A DNA stretch of 64,000 nucleotides, from contig CAYLYE010000001.1 of assembly GCA_964387325.1 (NCBI GenBank), positions 19,453 to 83,452 on the forward strand, given 5' to 3'. The notes below the pieces were generated by a model. It saw only the letters and a program-made list of their open reading frames with translations. It made no database searches and was not told the DNA's origin. Below are positions 57,940 through 64,000 of this stretch, in pieces. The DNA comes from an uncultured Planctomycetaceae bacterium (lineage in GTDB: Bacteria > Planctomycetota > Planctomycetia > Pirellulales > PNKZ01). The position numbers and the translations under genes were made by a program. Position 1 is the stretch's first letter, and each line of letters opens with the position of its first letter.

Positions 57940-58021
57940 ATGCCGTGGCCTTGGCTCGGCTCGACTCATCTGACATACTTGATGCGTCGAATTGGAACAG
58001 ATTGCTGGCGGAGTTCAACTC

Positions 58022-59380
58022 ATGCTACGGATCATCGGCGACCGCGCGGACAATTGCCAGGGGGTGACGCGAAGGAGCTTCGTGCAGGCCGGTACGCTCG
58101 GGCTCGGTGGCTTCGGTTTGAGCGACTGGTTCCGACTCCGCGAGGTCCAAGGGGCCGTCGACAAGCGGCGCGACACGAGCGTGATCCTGTTTTGGCTCAG
58201 CGGCGGCCCTGGGCACATGGAGACCTATGATCCCAAACCGGAAGCAGTCGATCAGTATCGTGGACCGTTCGGTGCCGTAAGTTCGGCCGTCAACGGTCTG
58301 CAAATGAGCGAGATGATTCCCGAGCAGGCCAAGATCATGGATCGGCTCGCCGTGTTGCGGACGGTCAATCATGGCAGCGGCGACCATACCAAAGGGAACC
58401 ACTGGATGCTCACGGGCTTTGAAGGCCCGAGCTTCAACGCGATCGATTTCAATGTGCAACGCCGGCCGTCGATGGGCTCGGTCGTCGCTAAACTCAAGGG
58501 GATGCAGTCGAGTGGCATGCCCCCGTATGTCGCGGTTCCTAATCTTCGCGGCGGCACCGATAACTTCTTCCACTACGCGGCCTACCTGGGAGCCGGTGCC
58601 AATCCGTTCAACGTCGAGAGCGATCCGAACACCAGCGAGTTCGCCGTCAAAAATCTGACACTGCAACCCGAGCTGTCGTTCGATCGCTTGGCCGACCGCC
58701 GTCGTGTGCTCGAAACGCTCGATCAGTTCCGCCGCGACAGCGAACGCTCGTTCGCCGATCGCGAGCAGCAATATCAACGGGCGTTCGACTTGCTCACCAG
58801 TCGCCAGGTGGCCGGCGCGTTCGATATCAACGCCGAGAGCGCCGCGACACGCGATCGTTACGGCCGGCACACGTTTGGTCAAAGCGCACTCCTGGCTCGC
58901 CGCATGGTCGAGGCCGGCGTCCCGTTTGTCACCGTCAACTGTGTCCCTTGGGATCATCACGGCACGGCGGGGCGACTGCGGACCGAAGAAGGCGCCAAGC
59001 TGCTCATTCCGCCGCTTGATCGAGCCATCGCGGCCTTGGTGACCGACCTGATCGATCGCGGGCTCTACGAGAAGACGCTCGTCGTGGCGATGGGGGAATT
59101 TGGTCGCACGCCGAAGATGAACGCCGAAGGGGGCCGTGACCACTGGGGACACACGTTCAGCGTGCTGATGGGCTGCGGCAGTATGCGCATGGGTCAGGCC
59201 ATCGGTCGTAGCGACGAGCGGGGCGAGTATGTGGCCGACCGACCGATCATGCCGCAGGACGTGACCTCGACCGTGTTCCATCACTTGGGCATTCGCGCCG
59301 AGCAGGTCTCGTTTGTCGATCGCGTCGGCCGCGCCCTGCCGCTCGTCGACCACGGCGCGCCGATCGCCGAGTTGCTATAG
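58022..59380 (+). CDS. DUF1501 domain-containing protein (second copy)
   Basis: I prefer the ATG at 58022, which gives MLRIIGDRADNCQGVTRRSFVQAGTLGLGGFGL (Tat-like). Signature blocks are SVILFWLSGGPGHMETYDPKP and MGEFGRTPKMNAEGGRDHW. Confidence 0.85.
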   Translation: MLRIIGDRADNCQGVTRRSFVQAGTLGLGGFGLSDWFRLREVQGAVDKRRDTSVILFWLSGGPGHMETYDPKPEAVDQYRGPFGAVSSAVNGLQMSEMIPEQAKIMDRLAVLRTVNHGSGDHTKGNHWMLTGFEGPSFNAIDFNVQRRPSMGSVVAKLKGMQSSGMPPYVAVPNLRGGTDNFFHYAAYLGAGANPFNVESDPNTSEFAVKNLTLQPELSFDRLADRRRVLETLDQFRRDSERSFADREQQYQRAFDLLTSRQVAGAFDINAESAATRDRYGRHTFGQSALLARRMVEAGVPFVTVNCVPWDHHGTAGRLRTEEGAKLLIPPLDRAIAALVTDLIDRGLYEKTLVVAMGEFGRTPKMNAEGGRDHWGHTFSVLMGCGSMRMGQAIGRSDERGEYVADRPIMPQDVTSTVFHHLGIRAEQVSFVDRVGRALPLVDHGAPIAELL

Positions 59381-59392
59381 CGCGCGTTTCCA

Positions 59393-59481
59393 GTTAGCCG
59401 CGACGCGCAGCGGAGCGCGTGACCGTCGCGGACCATACCGACTCGCCCTGTGAACGCGCTCCGCTGTGCGTCGCGGCTAAC
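59393..59481. repeat. inverted pair of the 'GTTAGCCGCGACGCGCAGCGGAGCGCG' element (27-bp arms, 35-nt spacer)
   Basis: The arms are at 59393-59419 and 59455-59481 (reverse complement, one mismatch). The pair starts 13 nt after the DUF1501 stop. Confidence 0.85.
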
Positions 59482-59873
59482 GAACGTGAGTTTAGCGCGT
59501 CGTCATACGCCAACGGACGTGTACACCTTCGTCCCGCCGCGTGCCGTTGCCTGTTCGCCACGTCGCTACGCTCTGCCTGTTTACCCTAGGCGGCATGATG
59601 CGAAAAGTCACCGCAGTTCGGACTCCCGTGTCGGTTGCTGGCACGCTAAAACTTGAATTTTTTTGATTCGCCGCAAGTGGCCGCTCGGCAATCACTTGAG
59701 CCGGTTTCTCGCAAGGTCTCCGCGGATTTTCGTTTGCACAAGGCCCGTTGTTCAGACACATTTGCAGTAGGTGCTGTTGCGCGCATTTTCTGCGCTCAAC
59801 GTGCCTTTTCAGTGTGGGCTTCCCGAACTGGGTCGGCGAAGCGCGTGGACCCGAGAGCTGTGGAGTCACCTCG

Positions 59874-61259
59874 ATGCGGACAACTTTGCTGGCCACCTTG
59901 ATTTTGCTTGGCGGAGGCGCGGCCTCGGCCTGGGCTCAAGTCCCCTGCGCCTCGTGCGTGCAGGCTTATCGATTAAAGTGCGAAACCGTTTATGAAGAAC
60001 GGCAAGTCAACGCCTTCCGCGTCGACTACGAGACCGTCTACGACGAACGGCAGGTCACCACCTACCGACCCGTCTGGGAGACCGAGGTCCGTGAGCGCCG
60101 CTATCAAGTTGCTCGGCCGGTCTACGAGACCAGCGAGCGTGAAGAACGCTACACCGTACAAAAGCCGGTCTACGAGACCGTCGTCGAAGATCGCAGCTAT
60201 AACGTCGTGCGAAACGTCTACGAGACCAGCGAGCGCGAAGAGCGCTACACCGTACAAAAGCCGGTCTACGAGACCTATCAACAAGATCGTTCGTACACGG
60301 TTCGCCGCCCGGTCTATGAGACCAGCGAGCGTGAAGAGCACTGCACGGTCATGCAACCGGTGACCAGCTATCGACCCGTCCAGGTCGATCAAGGCAACTA
60401 CGTCGATCAGGTCGTCTGTCGGCCGGGCGCGGTCCATAACCGGCTCGCTTGGCAGCCCGCGGCTTGTGTGGTCGATCCGGCCACCGGAGTCACCGCGTAC
60501 AAGCCGGGCGGTTTGGCTTGGATGCCCGTGCAAGCTCCGCCCGTCACGCAGGTTTATCGTGCGTGGCAGCCGAATGTCGTTACGTACAACGTGCCGCAGG
60601 TCAGCTATGTGCCTCAGACGCAGGTTCGCAAGGTGCCGGTGCAAACCGTCCGCTGGGTCGATGAGCGCGTCGTGCAACAGGTCCCCGTGACCGTCTGCCG
60701 AATGGTTGCCGAAGAGCAGGTCCGCAAGGTGCCCGTGACTGTGTGTCGTCAGGTGGTCGAGCGGGTCGAGAACAAGGTCCCCGTCGAGGTTTGCAAGTAC
60801 GTGACCGAAGAGCAGGTCCGCAAGGTTCCGGTGACCGTGTGCCGCATGGTCTACGAAGAGAAGGTCGAGCAGACGCCTTATCGCGTCTGCAAGCAGGTGG
60901 CCGAGGTGCAGACGGTCAAGACGCCGCGCAGTGTCGAGAAGCGGACCCCCGTGACCTACACTTACAAAGTGCCACGGACGATCGTGTATCGCGTACCGGT
61001 CGACCCCTGTGGGAACGAGATTCCGGCGGCCGCAACGAGCCCGGCTCCGGCGGCGAGCACCACAGCCTCGCCCACTCCGGCGACGTCGAGCGCGCCGAGC
61101 GTCGGTGCCCCAACGACTCAACCGAGTTTGCCGACAGGTCCGACTGCGACCACCACGCAAAAGCCGGCCGAGTTGCCCGGGCCGGCCGCGCCGACTCCGG
61201 CCGCTCCAGTTCCTCCGGCCGCTCCCAAGGACGGCGCCGCCGAGAAGGCCAAGAGCTAG
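59874..61259 (+). CDS. YTV-repeat secreted protein with Pro/Ala/Thr-rich C-terminus
   Basis: I prefer the ATG at 59874, which gives a signal peptide (MRTTLLATLILLGGGAASAWAQ). It has repeated modules (VYETSEREERYTVQKPVYET...) and (EEQVRKVPVTVCRMV...), which correspond to the planctomycete 'YTV' repeat family as I recall it. Confidence 0.8.
   Translation: MRTTLLATLILLGGGAASAWAQVPCASCVQAYRLKCETVYEERQVNAFRVDYETVYDERQVTTYRPVWETEVRERRYQVARPVYETSEREERYTVQKPVYETVVEDRSYNVVRNVYETSEREERYTVQKPVYETYQQDRSYTVRRPVYETSEREEHCTVMQPVTSYRPVQVDQGNYVDQVVCRPGAVHNRLAWQPAACVVDPATGVTAYKPGGLAWMPVQAPPVTQVYRAWQPNVVTYNVPQVSYVPQTQVRKVPVQTVRWVDERVVQQVPVTVCRMVAEEQVRKVPVTVCRQVVERVENKVPVEVCKYVTEEQVRKVPVTVCRMVYEEKVEQTPYRVCKQVAEVQTVKTPRSVEKRTPVTYTYKVPRTIVYRVPVDPCGNEIPAAATSPAPAASTTASPTPATSSAPSVGAPTTQPSLPTGPTATTTQKPAELPGPAAPTPAAPVPPAAPKDGAAEKAKS
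60120..60407. repeat. three 96-bp in-frame tandem repeats inside the YTV gene
   Basis: Units start at 60120, 60216 and 60312 (gtctacgagaccagcgagcg.gaaga.c...). A second 96-bp periodicity links 60711 and 60807 (gaagagcaggtccgcaaggt.cc.gtgac.gtgtg). Confidence 0.85.
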
Positions 61260-61290
61260 TCCGCTCGTCACGAGTAGGTCAAAGGGGTGC

Positions 61291-61314
61291 CATGCTCACG
61301 TCTGCGTGAGCATG
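61291..61314. terminator. perfect 10-bp stem hairpin downstream of the YTV gene
   Basis: The sequence is CATGCTCACG-tctg-CGTGAGCATG, located 32 nt after the stop at 61259. The motif is related to the CATG...CATG hairpins of the double-hairpin element. Confidence 0.5.
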
Positions 61315-61461
61315 CGGTTGAGCCAGCGCCGCGGGGTTCGGTTCGCACGTCTTGTGAGCCGGACCCCGCTTGGTTTCCTCCCCAAGTCGTCGACTTGGCA
61401 TTAGAATGGAACGCAAGTACGGCTCGTTCGAGCCGCTTTGCTCTCTCCGGAGTCGGACACG

Positions 61462-61683
61462 ATGCGCGATGGGGACCTGAGCCTGGTCAGCAGCTCGTTG
61501 CAGTACGCCTACAAAGTGCTGCGGCAGCGTTGGGACGACACCGAAGAGGTCTGGCGCGACGTGGTCCGCAAGCGGTTCGACGAACAGCACATCGAACCCA
61601 TCGAGCCCACGGTGCTCAACACACTCAAGGCGATCAACCGACTCTCGTCGGTCTTGGAACGTGCCCGCGAGGAGTGCTCGTGA
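61462..61683 (+). CDS. small (73-aa) all-helical protein, possible WXG100-like helical hairpin
   Basis: The ATG at 61462 has GGAG 9 nt upstream (the listed ORF uses TTG 61438). It has two predicted helices separated by PIEP. Its stop codon (TGA) overlaps the GTG of the downstream long ORF (GTGA). Confidence 0.6.
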   Translation: MRDGDLSLVSSSLQYAYKVLRQRWDDTEEVWRDVVRKRFDEQHIEPIEPTVLNTLKAINRLSSVLERAREECS

Positions 61684-64000
61684 AAGTCGACGGCCAGAGT
61701 GAACATCCGGTCCGCGCGCAAGAAGCGCTGCTGGAGCGGCTGACGCAGGCGGCGCAGACACGTGCGGCGGTGATCGCCAGCATCGACGGCGAACTGCAAG
61801 AGGCCAAGGTCGCGGCCCGCGACGCGCTGCAAGCGGCCACCGAGCGTGCCGAGGGGGCGCGACAACACGATCTGGCCGAGGCTCAACAATCGCGGCAACA
61901 ACGATTGCACCGGCTCCAGCAGCGTTACGAAGGGGACTACCGTGTCATGCAGCAGCGTTGGGGCGAGCGCCGCGACAAGATCAACGCCCGCGTCAATGCG
62001 ATCCGCGGCAAGGCCAAGCGCGACCTCAAGGAGAGCAGCCTCGACATCCAGAATGTGTTCGACGCCACCAAGCACCGCCCGCGACGCGAGTTTCAGGAGG
62101 CGCAGAAGCAAGTCGATCAGCGTGCCGCGCGGCTCGAAGCGATGGCCGAGGAAGCCAAGCATTTTCTGTTCGACTGTCGGCTGTTCCGTCCACCGCACGT
62201 CGACCCTGAAGTGCCTCGCCCCGCGAGCGAAGACGAGGCGCTGCAAACCTTTCTCGCCCGGCTCGCCGAGTCGGAAGCGAAGCTGGCCGAGCTGACGGCA
62301 CTCAAGTTGCCCCGGTTTTTTGCCGGCGGCACGCCCATCTGGGCCTACCTTGCCTTGTGGCTACTGCTCGCCTATCCGGCGGGTCATTTGCACGATTGGG
62401 ACTACGCCTACTTGGCCAGCAGCGGTGGCGCGGCGGTGGCGCTGGGGACGCTGCTGTGTGTCTGGCTCTACGCGATCGCCCGCCGCCACACGAGCGCGCG
62501 CTACGACACGCTCTGCCAGCAGTTGCTCGAAGCCGAACAGGCCAAGGCCCGCTGGCTCGAACTGGCCGTGCAGCGCTGTCAGCGTGAGACGACCGCGATC
62601 ATGCAGAAGTATCAGGCCGACATGGCCTCGGCCAAGTCACGATACGAGACAACCAAGACCGCCGCGATTGCCGAGCGCGATCAGCAATTGGCTGCGGCCG
62701 AGAATGAGTTCGGTCCGCCCGTCTCGCAGTTCGAGATGTACCACTCGCAGGAGTCGGTCGAGTTGGAAGAGGCGTTGCACGCCGCCGAGCGTCAGGCCGA
62801 CGAGGTCATGCAGCAAGCGTTGAGGTTGGCCCAACGGCAGCACGACGAGGCGCTCGCCGCCGCGAACGAAGCCGCGCGTCACAAGCACGCCGCCGCCGAC
62901 CAGGTCTGGCAACAAGCGTGGCAAGCCAGCCAGCAGTCGTCGGTCGCGATCGCCGAGCAGTGTCGGCAATGGTTCCCACCGTGGAAAGCCGAGTCCTGGC
63001 AGCAGTGGCCTCCGCCCAAGGACATTGCCCCAGTCATTCGCTTTGGTCAATTCGCGATCCGCAGCGAGCACGTAGCCGAGGATCTGCCCAAGCTCGACGA
63101 CAAGTCGCGGATCGTGCTGCCCGCGCTGCTCGAGTTCCCCGATCGTTGCTCGCTGATGATCCGCGCCGGCGGTGCGGGACGCGTTCACGCCGTCGATTTG
63201 CTCCAAGCCGTGATGATGCGGTTCCTCACGTCGATCCCGCCGGGCAAGGTGCGGTACACGATCGTCGATCCCGTCGGACTCGGCCAGAATTTCGCTGGCT
63301 TCATGCATCTGGCCGACTACGACGAACTGCTCGTGACGCACAAGATCTGGACCGAGCCGCAGCAAATCGAACAACGGCTCGCCGAGCTGTCGAGCCACAT
63401 GGCGAACGTGATTCAGAAGTATCTGCGTAATGAGTTCGAGACGATCGACGAGTACAATGTGCACGCAGGCGAGGTGGCCGAACCGTATCGCGTCGTGGTC
63501 GTGGCGAACTTCCCTTTTAACTTTACCGAGGCCGCGACGCGCCATCTGGTCAGCATCGCGACGACCGGCGCTCGCTGCGGCGTCTACACGCTGATTAGCA
63601 TCGACCCCAAGCTCCCTTTGCCGCACGGATTTCGTCCCTCGGACCTGGAACAAAGCTGCATCAAGCTCGTGTGGCGCGAGAACGGCTTTGCCCGCAAGGA
63701 CGACACGTTCGAGCGTTTTCCGTTGCTCGTCGATGGTCCGCCCGAGGGAGAGCTCTTCTCACAAATCGTGCACCAAGTGGGCGAGGCGGCCAAGGACGCC
63801 AACCGAGTCGAAGTGCCGTTCGAGTTCATCGCTCCGGCCGAGGCCCGCTGGTGGACGCACGACAGCCGCGGCGGGGTCGACATTCCGCTCGGCCGCGCCG
63901 GCGCCACCAAGCGACAGCACTTACAGCTAGGACGCGGCACCAGCCAGCACGTGCTCATCGCCGGCAAGACGGGCTCGGGCAAGTCGACCTTGCTGCACGC
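61680..64000 (+). CDS. FtsK/SpoIIIE-family multi-domain membrane ATPase (EssC/EccC-like architecture), 3'-truncated by the window edge; absent from the supplied ORF track
   Basis: My hand translation shows the frame with codon starts at positions divisible by 3 is open from 61278 to the window end. I verified codon boundaries at lines 62041, 62581, 63061, 63421, 63901 and 63961. Candidate starts are GTG 61680 and GTG 61674. Two TM helices lie at about 62334-62480. The canonical Walker A, GKTGSGKST, is at 63963-63989 in the context LGRGTSQHVLIAGKTGSGKSTLLH. Confidence 0.85.
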   Translation, partial: MKVDGQSEHPVRAQEALLERLTQAAQTRAAVIASIDGELQEAKVAARDALQAATERAEGARQHDLAEAQQSRQQRLHRLQQRYEGDYRVMQQRWGERRDKINARVNAIRGKAKRDLKESSLDIQNVFDATKHRPRREFQEAQKQVDQRAARLEAMAEEAKHFLFDCRLFRPPHVDPEVPRPASEDEALQTFLARLAESEAKLAELTALKLPRFFAGGTPIWAYLALWLLLAYPAGHLHDWDYAYLASSGGAAVALGTLLCVWLYAIARRHTSARYDTLCQQLLEAEQAKARWLELAVQRCQRETTAIMQKYQADMASAKSRYETTKTAAIAERDQQLAAAENEFGPPVSQFEMYHSQESVELEEALHAAERQADEVMQQALRLAQRQHDEALAAANEAARHKHAAADQVWQQAWQASQQSSVAIAEQCRQWFPPWKAESWQQWPPPKDIAPVIRFGQFAIRSEHVAEDLPKLDDKSRIVLPALLEFPDRCSLMIRAGGAGRVHAVDLLQAVMMRFLTSIPPGKVRYTIVDPVGLGQNFAGFMHLADYDELLVTHKIWTEPQQIEQRLAELSSHMANVIQKYLRNEFETIDEYNVHAGEVAEPYRVVVVANFPFNFTEAATRHLVSIATTGARCGVYTLISIDPKLPLPHGFRPSDLEQSCIKLVWRENGFARKDDTFERFPLLVDGPPEGELFSQIVHQVGEAAKDANRVEVPFEFIAPAEARWWTHDSRGGVDIPLGRAGATKRQHLQLGRGTSQHVLIAGKTGSGKSTLLH

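Noticed and set aside
59635-59655. CTGGCACGCTAAAACTTGA resembling a sigma-54 -24 element, upstream of the YTV gene
   Set aside because: The GG-N10-GC spacing is not satisfied: there is no GC dinucleotide at the -12 position. The match is therefore only to the TGGCAC half-site.
59973-61271. 432-aa minus-strand ORF
   Set aside because: It is antisense to the YTV-repeat gene. Its repetitiveness merely reflects the sense-strand repeats.
62637-63653. 338-aa minus-strand ORF offered by the track in the terminal region
   Set aside because: It is antisense to the long plus-strand frame, which contains clear FtsK-family motifs. Its own translation is Arg/Gly/Leu-rich and motif-free, as expected of a GC-rich shadow ORF.
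1-64000. Search for tRNA, rRNA, transposase, integrase and prophage genes
   Set aside because: No intergenic region showed a cloverleaf-compatible sequence or rRNA-like conservation. No ORF showed DDE, tyrosine- or serine-recombinase or phage structural motifs. This was done by eye, so small ncRNAs could have been missed.

Overview
This is a high-GC chromosomal segment. Hand-counted lines are about 62% GC. The gene content points to Planctomycetota, probably Pirellulales-like: DUF1501 and DUF1549/DUF1553 proteins, a YTV-repeat protein, secreted sulfatase and PhoD hydrolases, BatA-type membrane proteins, and a CpaC-type secretin. Most of the window is densely packed housekeeping. It holds a 5'-truncated parA-like gene, aroK plus a fused aroD-aroE, mutL, an NtrC-type sigma-54 activator, and a partial complex I operon (nuoH-J-K-L-M-N, with no nuoI). 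It also holds tatD, a Bacillus-type sdhC-A-B operon, threonine aldolase and a 2-hydroxyacid dehydrogenase. I saw no rRNA, tRNA, CRISPR array, transposase or integrase. Many long ORFs in the supplied track are antisense shadows typical of GC-rich DNA, and I rejected them. The most interesting locus is at the right edge (61.46-64.0 kb). A 73-aa all-helical protein is translationally coupled, through a GTGA overlap, to a very long ORF (more than 773 codons) that the ORF track does not list because it runs off the window without a stop codon. My hand translation shows an N-terminal coiled coil, a two-helix membrane hairpin, a second coiled coil, a degenerate FtsK-like P-loop domain, and then a canonical FtsK/SpoIIIE Walker A (GKTGSGKST). 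This resembles the EssC/EccC-type ATPase plus small helical-hairpin substrate layout of type VII-like secretion, which would be unusual in a planctomycete. Other points worth a second look are listed in the findings. They include a roughly 1.1-kb low-GC island carrying one orphan immunity-like gene, and an orphan Tad-type outer-membrane module whose three proteins all carry P/Q/G/Y-rich or Gly-rich tails. They also include His-rich and otherwise expanded NuoL/M/N subunits, and at least four families of dispersed palindromic intergenic repeats that sit immediately after stop codons.
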